27,666 nt of DNA, taken from the IMG/VR virus record IMGVR_UViG_3300012952_002418, positions 1-27,666 of that record; one strand, written 5' to 3'. Positions 9,902 to 17,234 of the stretch are shown piece by piece; within the stretch, counting starts at the first letter, position 1; the number at the start of each line of letters is the position of its first letter. The notes beneath the pieces are model-generated. The model did no database searches, was not told the origin of the DNA, and was given only the letters and a program-made list of their open reading frames with translations. The position numbers were made by a program, and so were the translations under genes. This stretch comes from a virus (Duplodnaviria > Caudoviricetes).

Positions 9902-10048
9902 ATGTGGAATCTTACTGATATAAAAGAATGGATAATTGACACTAAGGACGCTATCGTTTTTAAGTGGGATACTTTATCCAACGCAAATAAAATTGCTACT
10001 GCTGGAATATTAGCATTAGTAATTTGGGTTATATGGACACTAGTATAA
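9902..10048 (+). CDS. Small C-terminally anchored membrane protein (48 aa, not in track)
   Basis: AGGAGG just upstream; MWNLTDIKEWIIDTKDAIVFKWDTLSNANKIATAGILALVIWVIWTLV*. Confidence 0.8.
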   Translation: MWNLTDIKEWIIDTKDAIVFKWDTLSNANKIATAGILALVIWVIWTLV

Positions 10049-10060
10049 CCAACACTAAAA

Positions 10061-10080
10061 GTGGGGACTTCGGTCCCCAC
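10061..10080. terminator. Perfect C(UUCG)G hairpin (terminator or mRNA-stabilising stem)
   Basis: GTGGGGAC-TTCG-GTCCCCAC. No U-tract on +; a TTTT tail exists only on the minus strand. Confidence 0.65.
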
Positions 10081-10096
10081 AAAGAGGAGGACTAAT

Positions 10097-11338
10097 ATGT
10101 TCATGAAAGTATTAATGTTGGGGACTGCCTTAACTATCTCTGCTATCGCTGCATATTACTCAATAATTGGGTTAGCAACTATCTTTGCTGCAGCAGTCAT
10201 ACCAGTTATAATTATGGGGTCTGCCATGGAAATAGGAAAGCTGGTCACAGTCGTCTATCTACATAGATACTGGCATCAGGCACAACTCCTATTAAAATCA
10301 TATTTAATTTTCGCAGTGTTTTTCTTAATGTTTATTACTAGCATGGGAATATTTGGATTTTTAAGTAAAGCACATATCGAACAAACTGCTCTATCTGATG
10401 AGCAGATAGCACTCGCAGAATCTATTGATGATAAACTTCTTCGTTCAAATGTAAAAATAGAAAGATGGGATGCTGAAATAGATAGGTTGTTACAACCTAA
10501 TAGTGAAAGAGTAGATGTACAAATAGGAAACGAACAAGAAACTCTTAATGGTTTGTACGATCGTATCTCTGCTGAAAAGAAAGCAGCAAATGATGCGTAT
10601 AATCAAAAACTAAAAACAATTAATGAAACTGTCACTGGCTTTGGTTCAGGTGCTGCTAAAAGAGAACAAGTAGATGCAGCAAATGCTGAACTGAAAAAAG
10701 AACTATCTGCTATTGATAACAAATATAAAGACCAAATAAACAATCTAGAAGAAGTAATTGCTTCTTATCGTCTTCAAGCTGAAACTAAAACAGATGACAT
10801 AGATGAAAAAATATCTGGATTAGAGTCAAGAGTTGAAGCTGAACAATTAATAGTTGATTCGCTAATCGAAGAGAAGATGGTTTATGAAAAAGAATATCGA
10901 ACACTTGAAGCTGAGGTTGGTCCAGTAAAATATATTGCTGAACTAGTATATGGTGAAACAGATAAGTCAGTATTAGAAGATGCTGTCAGATGGGTTATTA
11001 TAATTCTATGTATAGTATTTGACCCACTTGCTGTCGCTTTATTAATCGCATGGAATGGTATGATTGAACAACCAAAGCGAGGTGTACGATTACCTGAAAA
11101 AAAGTTAAAACCGAGCGATGATGCTCGGTACTACTGGAAAAAAATCCAAGAAGATGCTAAGGTAAAACGACATGTTGATAAACTACCAGAGAAACGAGAA
11201 GATCGTCCTGGTCCAAGTATAGCTGAAGAGCCGAAGGAAGTAGATCCAGATAACGAACCATACAATCCTGAGAGTTATAAATTAAGATCTGATATTAAGG
11301 AAATAATCAAGAAGAAAGATACCGAAAACCCTAAATAG
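10097..11338 (+). CDS. Multi-TM membrane protein with long coiled coil (DUF4407-like architecture)
   Basis: GAGGAGG ribosome site sets the start at 10097. Three N-terminal hydrophobic helices, ~200-aa coiled coil, EAEVGPVKYIAE, a further TM (WVIIILCIVFDPLAVALLIA) and a charged tail. Confidence 0.8.
   Translation: MFMKVLMLGTALTISAIAAYYSIIGLATIFAAAVIPVIIMGSAMEIGKLVTVVYLHRYWHQAQLLLKSYLIFAVFFLMFITSMGIFGFLSKAHIEQTALSDEQIALAESIDDKLLRSNVKIERWDAEIDRLLQPNSERVDVQIGNEQETLNGLYDRISAEKKAANDAYNQKLKTINETVTGFGSGAAKREQVDAANAELKKELSAIDNKYKDQINNLEEVIASYRLQAETKTDDIDEKISGLESRVEAEQLIVDSLIEEKMVYEKEYRTLEAEVGPVKYIAELVYGETDKSVLEDAVRWVIIILCIVFDPLAVALLIAWNGMIEQPKRGVRLPEKKLKPSDDARYYWKKIQEDAKVKRHVDKLPEKREDRPGPSIAEEPKEVDPDNEPYNPESYKLRSDIKEIIKKKDTENPK
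11330..11337 (+). promoter_or_regulatory. Candidate late promoter (CCTAAATA) heading the curli-like cluster
   Basis: Same octamer as 9464, overlapping the upstream gene's end, 37 nt before ATG 11375. Confidence 0.45.
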
Positions 11339-11374
11339 TCATTTAAGATTAACTATTTTATAGTGGATTAAAAG

Positions 11375-11666
11375 ATGGCAAAAAAAGATTTTGATTTAGA
11401 TGGCGATGGTGTTCTAACTCCTGAGGAGATAGAAGCAGCCAAATTACTCAAAGAAGCAGAGTCAGCAGAAGAAAAAGCTGATACCCAGAAACGAATGGCA
11501 TGGATAGCAATGATATCTATGCTTGGCTTTACTGGTTTTATTCCTCCCTTTTATGTCCGACGAACGAGTGGCAGCACTCGGAGATCTACTTGGTCTATTT
11601 TATATAGCACAAGCTGGTGTAGTTGGAGCATATATGGGAATGTCTGCTTACATGAGTAGGAAATAA
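11375..11666 (+). CDS. EF-hand-like (DxDxDG) two-TM membrane protein, frameshifted at ~11536-11539
   Basis: Frame 1 gives MAKKDFDLDGDGVLTPEE...MAWIAMISMLGFTG. Changing frame in the T-run continues LFLPFMSDERVAALGDLLGLFYIAQAGVVGAYMGMSAYMSRK* (stop 11664-11666), completing TM1 and adding TM2. Confidence 0.7.
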
Positions 11667-11678
11667 CTAACTGGAATT

Positions 11679-11960
11679 ATGGATGATATATTTTTACTGA
11701 TAGGTGAGCTCGGTCTGCCAATAGCAGGCTGTGTCTTTCTTGGTGGATTCATATATGTAATTTTAAAATACATATTAAGTGATGTCACTGAGCAAGTATC
11801 TACTATGCATGGAATCATATCTATGCTCGATAATCGTATCAAGAATATGAACAACGATATGATTAAACTAGACATTCTAATTTCTCATTCATTAGATTTA
11901 AAACCAGACGAGGAACGCATCGCTAGAGCCGATGGGAAAGAAGATGCTCGTCGTGATTGA
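11679..11960 (+). CDS. Small membrane protein (YvrJ-like N-terminus plus coiled coil), paralog 1
   Basis: IGELGLPIAG + TM + LDNRIKNMNNDMIKL. Confidence 0.75.
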   Translation: MDDIFLLIGELGLPIAGCVFLGGFIYVILKYILSDVTEQVSTMHGIISMLDNRIKNMNNDMIKLDILISHSLDLKPDEERIARADGKEDARRD

Positions 11961-12216
11961 TATAATAAATGATTATGGCTTCCCAGTTGTGGCAGTCGTA
12001 GGTATGGGATGGTTCATCTGGTTTATATACAGCTACATTACTGAAAAGATTGCTGCGAAACTAGATAATGCTAACAAGGTATTAATAGCATTAATAGATA
12101 GGATTCGTATGCTAGATAATGATATTATAAGACTCAAGTCAAAGATAAATACAGTCATAGAATTAAAAGAATTACAAGATAAAAAGGTCGAGAAGAAGGA
12201 TGAAAAAGCTAAATAA
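11944..12216 (+). CDS. Small membrane protein (YvrJ-like N-terminus plus coiled coil), paralog 2
   Basis: INDYGFPVVA + TM + LIDRIRMLDNDIIRL; visibly aligns with the previous ORF. Start is 11944 or GTG 11953. Confidence 0.75.
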   Translation: MLVVIDIINDYGFPVVAVVGMGWFIWFIYSYITEKIAAKLDNANKVLIALIDRIRMLDNDIIRLKSKINTVIELKELQDKKVEKKDEKAK

Positions 12217-12706
12217 AGGTATGAGAGTTCTAGTATTTTTACTATTATTGTCACCACTAGCCATGGCAGACTCGCTAGTTTTTGAGTTTGGAAACCCAGC
12301 TTTCTCTGGAAATGGTTATAGTTCCCATGTATTGAGTGTTGAGCAATTGCAATACTCAAGAAAACAAGATGTTGAAGATGATGCTAAAAGTGCTGCAGCA
12401 GCACTAAAGAGGGAACAAGATAATACGACGATTGCCAAGTTTATAAAAAATGTAGAATCTAGAATATATGCTAACTTGTCAAAGCAACTAGTTGATAATA
12501 TGTTTGGTACAGGTTGTGATGTGACAGATGTCTCTGCTAATTGTCAGAACTCTGGTTCAGCCACAATAGATCCAGATGGTGATGGAACTGGTGCTACTTT
12601 GGCATGGGTTAGAGACTCTTCTGCTGGTACTATTACTTTGACTGTGACAGCTGAGGATGGAACGATAACCAACTTGACAGTACCTGTTGGCAATTTTCTA
12701 TTTTAA
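12200..12706 (+). CDS. csgF: Curli assembly component CsgF
   Basis: Signal peptide (AMA|D), then LVFEFGNPAFSGNGY...LSVEQLQ, matching the CsgF N-terminal F-x-NP-x-F-x-GN motif. Also F..NVESRIYANLS and C-terminal ITLTVTAEDGTITNLTVP. Adjacent to csgG. Confidence 0.85.
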   Translation: MKKLNKGMRVLVFLLLLSPLAMADSLVFEFGNPAFSGNGYSSHVLSVEQLQYSRKQDVEDDAKSAAAALKREQDNTTIAKFIKNVESRIYANLSKQLVDNMFGTGCDVTDVSANCQNSGSATIDPDGDGTGATLAWVRDSSAGTITLTVTAEDGTITNLTVPVGNFLF

Positions 12707-12721
12707 AAAAGGAGTTGCTTC

Positions 12722-13561
12722 GTGCAAGGTTTGTTTAAGAGCTTAGTATTATTCAGTCTGCTATTTGTAGTAGGGTGTGCTTCTATACCTGATAAGGTCA
12801 AGGAGTACGATGCACTTGGTCCTTTTCATCATCAAACTCCTACAAATGATATGCTGGTAAATTTACCAGAACTAGATCAGGAAATTATGACGATTGCTGT
12901 TTATAATTTTACTGACAAAACAGGACAAAGAAAACCAAGTCAAAAGTTTTCACAGCTATCTACAGCAGTATCACAAGGTCCAGAGGTATGGGTGATACAA
13001 GCATTAAAAGAAGCTGGTGGAGGAACTTGGTTTAAAGTTGTTGAACGAGGTGGTTTAGAAAACCTTGTAAAAGAAAGACAACTGATACGATCTACTAGAG
13101 AATCGTATGAAGGACAAGAAGCAAATAAAAATAGTTTGAAACCACTATTATTTGCTGGGTTAATATTAGAAGGTGGGATAGTTTCTTACGACACTAATAT
13201 TGACACTGGAGGTTTCGGTGCAAGATATTTTGGTATCGGTGCTCATGAAGAATATAGAGTTGACCAAGTCACAGTATCTATGAGAATTGTAGCAGTACAG
13301 ACAGGTGAAGTTATCCTAGCTGTAAATGGTACGAAAACTATCGCTTCTCATAAATCTGGTGTTGACGCATTTCGCTTTATTGATATGGGCACAAGAGCGA
13401 TAGAGGTTGAGAGTGGGGTTAGTGCAAACGAACCTGTAAACTATGCTATAAGATCTGCAGTAGAATACTGTATTATAGAAATAATAAAACAGGGGGAGGA
13501 ACAATCACTCTGGAAATTTAAAGAGGAGAAACTAAATGAAGCAAACGAGGGGATACATTAA
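12722..13561 (+). CDS. csgG: Curli secretion channel lipoprotein CsgG
   Basis: GTG start with AGGAG; lipobox VVG-C; IAVYNFTDKTGQRKP, STAVSQG, WFKVVERGGLENLVKERQLIR, LEGGIVSYDTN, YRVDQVTVSMR. Confidence 0.93.
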   Translation: MQGLFKSLVLFSLLFVVGCASIPDKVKEYDALGPFHHQTPTNDMLVNLPELDQEIMTIAVYNFTDKTGQRKPSQKFSQLSTAVSQGPEVWVIQALKEAGGGTWFKVVERGGLENLVKERQLIRSTRESYEGQEANKNSLKPLLFAGLILEGGIVSYDTNIDTGGFGARYFGIGAHEEYRVDQVTVSMRIVAVQTGEVILAVNGTKTIASHKSGVDAFRFIDMGTRAIEVESGVSANEPVNYAIRSAVEYCIIEIIKQGEEQSLWKFKEEKLNEANEGIH

Positions 13562-14240
13562 TAGAATATTATTAATATTGATGCCTTTATTATTCATGTC
13601 TGTTGGTATGGCTAATGATATCTATGTCACACAAAGTGGTGATACACTTGACTTAGATATTACTCAAGATGGTCAGAACAACACAGTAGGAAACTCCACA
13701 ACTTCTTCGTCATCTGTCGGTGCAACAACAACTTTAAATATTGACCAAATAGGAAACTCGAATGTAATAACTTATGCTATTAATGGTGCCACTTATACTG
13801 GTGTTATTAACCTAGTAGGAAACTCAAACAATGTAGATTTGAATTGTGATAGCACAGGTGGCAATAGTTCTTGTGGAACTGCTAATGCAGTGATTAATTT
13901 CACTGGTAGTTCAAACGATATCGATTTAGATATAGGTCAAACATCATCTGCAGCAACTGCTGATGTTGATATAGTTGGTCAATCAGGATCTGATTCGAAT
14001 GTGGTAGCAGCAACTGTAGATGGCAACTCTGCTATCTTGACTATTACTGTGAATGGAGATACTAACAACTGGTTAATTGATATAGATGGTAATGGTGATG
14101 TAAATGGTCATACTTTAATTCATACTCACACTGGTGGTATCGCAGATGTTGATATCGTACAAAGTGGTATTAACGACCAATACATTAATCTTACTACTTC
14201 GGGAGATAATCATGACATTGATATCTCTCAAACTGACTAA
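13536..14240 (+). CDS. Secreted curlin-like (CsgA/CsgB-like) beta-solenoid repeat protein
   Basis: Signal peptide, then ~11-aa repeats NDIYVTQSGDT / LDLDITQDGQN / TTLNIDQIGNS / ADVDIVQSGIN; rich in G, N, S, T and D. Confidence 0.8.
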   Translation: MKQTRGYINRILLILMPLLFMSVGMANDIYVTQSGDTLDLDITQDGQNNTVGNSTTSSSSVGATTTLNIDQIGNSNVITYAINGATYTGVINLVGNSNNVDLNCDSTGGNSSCGTANAVINFTGSSNDIDLDIGQTSSAATADVDIVGQSGSDSNVVAATVDGNSAILTITVNGDTNNWLIDIDGNGDVNGHTLIHTHTGGIADVDIVQSGINDQYINLTTSGDNHDIDISQTD

Positions 14241-14259
14241 AAGAATTTAATCTTTCATC

Positions 14260-15381
14260 ATGAGATTTACGACTGTATTATTACTTACCTTATGTGGGAT
14301 GCTTGTAATTTGTTCACAAGAAGCAAACGCAAGCATCGGTGAAGTGACTTTACATGAAGGAAATGGCACCATAGAAAGAAAGTCAGATGGCTCAGAGGTC
14401 ATTACCGAAAAACAAGTAGGTGTCTTCAGTTATGATACAGTTAAAACTGGCAATGGTAAAACTGGTATCGAATTTATAGATGATACTAGAGTGGATGTTA
14501 CAAGTCATAGTAAATTAATTATTGATGATTTTGTTTACGATCCTAATACTAAGACAGGAAAGTTATCTCTAAAAGCTAGTCTCGGAACAATTAGATATGC
14601 TTCTGGGCAAATCGCAAAGAACTCAGCAACAGATGTAAAGATTTCAACTCCTACAGCAACTATCGCTGTAAGAGGAACAGACTTCAGTATGACAGTAGAT
14701 GAACTTGGTTCTTCTACAATTATATTACTACCAAGTTGTGATACAACTGGTGCGTGTTTCGTAGGTGAGATAGCTGTAGATTCTGATGCTGGTCAAGTAA
14801 TACTTAATCAAGCATTTCAGGCAACAGTAGTAGATACAATATCATCTACTCCTATGAAACCTGTTCTCCTAAATTTAAACGAGGAGATGATAGGCAACTT
14901 ATTAATAGTTGCCAAACCTAGAGAGATCGCAGATGGTCAAGCTAGGGAACAAGCATATAATAAAGTTGCTAGTGCTTTAGATATTGACTTCTTACAGTTT
15001 GATGATTTAGAAATAGATTACTTAGAAGAAGAAGAGGACACTTGGGCAACTGGATTAGATATAGATTTTTTAGAGCAAAACTTCTTAGTAGATATTTTGG
15101 CTCAGATAAATAAAGAACTTGCTAAAGCTATGCGAAGTGAGTTTGATAAACAAAAAGGAACTGACGGAATACAATTAGGAAAAGATCCAGTCACTGGTAT
15201 TATAATTTTAGATGAAGATCCTGAGTGGGTTTATTCTAGAGAAGGTGCAGGAAACTTTTTTGAATTAAGATTAGATAAAGAATATGGTTATGTAATATCG
15301 TTTACACAAAATGACTTTACGATATTTGATTTTGAATTAGGAGGACAAGATAATGTCATTAATATCTTACAAAACCAATGA
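14260..15381 (+). CDS. Secreted/periplasmic FecR-domain protein with acidic repeats and curlin-like C-terminus
   Basis: Signal peptide (ANA|S); DTVKTG...IEFIDDTRV...SKLIIDDFVYDP...GTIRYASG...ISTPTATIAVRGTDF. Confidence 0.85.
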   Translation: MRFTTVLLLTLCGMLVICSQEANASIGEVTLHEGNGTIERKSDGSEVITEKQVGVFSYDTVKTGNGKTGIEFIDDTRVDVTSHSKLIIDDFVYDPNTKTGKLSLKASLGTIRYASGQIAKNSATDVKISTPTATIAVRGTDFSMTVDELGSSTIILLPSCDTTGACFVGEIAVDSDAGQVILNQAFQATVVDTISSTPMKPVLLNLNEEMIGNLLIVAKPREIADGQAREQAYNKVASALDIDFLQFDDLEIDYLEEEEDTWATGLDIDFLEQNFLVDILAQINKELAKAMRSEFDKQKGTDGIQLGKDPVTGIIILDEDPEWVYSREGAGNFFELRLDKEYGYVISFTQNDFTIFDFELGGQDNVINILQNQ

Positions 15382-16793
15382 TTGATTTTACAGATTTTTC
15401 AAAACAAGGAATTAAAGTTATCCTAACAGCTTGGGCATTATTTGCTCTAGGTATATTTGCTTGCGAAAAAGCATACGCAAGTGGTACAGGTACTTTAAAC
15501 TGGACTGCTTACTCAACTTCTCACTATGCTCCTTATGTAGAATCTTCTTGTTATAATAATTATTCTTATCTTTCTACCTGTAATAATACCAACTGGGCAT
15601 ATGTAAACTCTACACCAATAGCTACAGGAACAACAAATAGTTTAAATTATAACTGGAACAGTGGAAGCATAACCATAGGTGGTACAAACATCGGATCTAC
15701 TTCTAGAATGTTAGTCATCACAGGATACTGGCAACATCCAGGAACAGCTGGTCAAACATCAACAGTATATTTTGCTGGTCGTAATGATGATGGTCTTATA
15801 GTAAATATTAATGATACAAAAGTAATATCTGACTGGGCACAACAAGGTCCAAGATATTGGAACTCTAATGGTTCGTTTACAGGTGTGGGTGGTCAATGGT
15901 ATCCTATCGTAATAAACTGGTATGAATGGAGTGGTTCAGCTAACATGGATATTCATTATAGAACTGATGGTAATAACGCAACTAATACTACCAGTGGTTG
16001 GCTTGACCATACTTCTAGTATGTTCTCAACAAGTTTACCAGTGACAACTGTCACTCCAACATCTGGTCAATCAACTTTAAAATCTACAGGTCAATCAGCA
16101 ACTGGCGAAGGTGTTAAGGTGACAATGTCAGGAGATAATAATTCACTTACAGTTAGACAAGCTGGTAATAATAACTTTATTGTAGGAACTAATTGGTCAG
16201 ACAACGCACAAGTTTCTGGAGATAGTAATACTCTATCATTTAATCAAGGAAATATTTTAACATCAGGAAGTAGTGGTAATAATGGTTTGGCTTTTGATAT
16301 TACTGGAAACTCTAATACTGTAAATGTAGCACAAGGAGAAAACGCAAATGATACTGGTGGTCATAGATTATGGTTTGATATAGATGGCAATAGTAATACG
16401 ATGAACTTAACACAAAATAATGATGGTAATTCTAATGCTAAACATTTTATGTATATTGATATAGATGCTAGTAGCAATAATGTATTAGCATATCAAAAGA
16501 ATAATGGAGCAAAGACTTTATTTCTTGATATAAATAATAATAGCAATGATGTGGATATATTCCAGTATGGTACTGGTGACCATTTCCTTGATGTATTATT
16601 AGATACAGGAAACTATGCTCATGATGTAGATATTACTCAAGATGGTAGTGGTAGTCATGGAGCAAGAATAGATTTATCTGGTTATTCATACGATTTTGAT
16701 TTAACTCAAAACAGTGGGACAGGTCAGCATTATACAGTAGAAGGAATATGTGGACAGTCAGGTGGCTGTACATTATCCACAACACAGAACTAA
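15378..16793 (+). CDS. Secreted PA14-domain plus curlin-like repeat protein
   Basis: Signal peptide (AYA|S); PA14 pattern YNWNSG...ITGY...YFAGRNDDG...WYPIVINWYEWSGSA; C-terminal repeats NSLTVRQAGNN, NTVNVAQGEN, NDVDIFQYGTG, HDVDITQDGSG. Confidence 0.8.
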   Translation: MIDFTDFSKQGIKVILTAWALFALGIFACEKAYASGTGTLNWTAYSTSHYAPYVESSCYNNYSYLSTCNNTNWAYVNSTPIATGTTNSLNYNWNSGSITIGGTNIGSTSRMLVITGYWQHPGTAGQTSTVYFAGRNDDGLIVNINDTKVISDWAQQGPRYWNSNGSFTGVGGQWYPIVINWYEWSGSANMDIHYRTDGNNATNTTSGWLDHTSSMFSTSLPVTTVTPTSGQSTLKSTGQSATGEGVKVTMSGDNNSLTVRQAGNNNFIVGTNWSDNAQVSGDSNTLSFNQGNILTSGSSGNNGLAFDITGNSNTVNVAQGENANDTGGHRLWFDIDGNSNTMNLTQNNDGNSNAKHFMYIDIDASSNNVLAYQKNNGAKTLFLDINNNSNDVDIFQYGTGDHFLDVLLDTGNYAHDVDITQDGSGSHGARIDLSGYSYDFDLTQNSGTGQHYTVEGICGQSGGCTLSTTQN

Positions 16794-16796
16794 ATA
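16789..16796 (+). promoter_or_regulatory. Candidate late promoter (ACTAAATA variant) before iscU
   Basis: Overlaps the upstream stop; 6 nt before GTG 16803; no clear Shine-Dalgarno. Confidence 0.4.
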
Positions 16797-16802
16797 TATA
16801 GA

Positions 16803-17234
16803 GTGGCATATAGCGACAAAGTCGTAGAAAGATTCGAGTCTGTTCTACGCAATCCACAAAAACATTCGGTTGGTAGATTCAATCCGAAAGACCACGATGT
16901 GGCTACAGGTATGGTAGGTGCTCCATCCTGCGGAGATGTAATGAAACTCCAACTAAAACTTGACCGAGCCAACGATCCAGATAAAGCTAAGATTACTGAT
17001 GTCAAGTTTAAAACATATGGATGTGGTTCTGCTATCGCATCTTCTACTATGTTTGTTGAAATGTTAAAAGGCAAAACTATTGAGGAAGCCAAAAATATAA
17101 AAGACAAAGATATAGCTGAAGCATTGGAATTACCAGCAATTAAATTACACTGTTCAGTACTAGCAGAAGAAAGTATAAAAAAGGCGATAGAAGATTGGTA
17201 TGATAAAAAATATTCTGACCCACTGGACAAGTAG
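16803..17234 (+). CDS. iscU: Fe-S cluster scaffold protein IscU
   Basis: MAYSDKV, GAPSCGDVMKLQ, FKTYGCGSAIASS, LPAIKLHCSVLAE; all three cluster Cys are present. Confidence 0.95.
   Translation: MAYSDKVVERFESVLRNPQKHSVGRFNPKDHDVATGMVGAPSCGDVMKLQLKLDRANDPDKAKITDVKFKTYGCGSAIASSTMFVEMLKGKTIEEAKNIKDKDIAEALELPAIKLHCSVLAEESIKKAIEDWYDKKYSDPLDK

Noticed and set aside
13536-16793. Recurrent GGAAACTC-type nucleotide motifs read as a CRISPR-like or DGR repeat
   Set aside because: They encode the G-N-S-N protein repeats of the curlins; there is no regular repeat-spacer period and no cas or reverse transcriptase gene.
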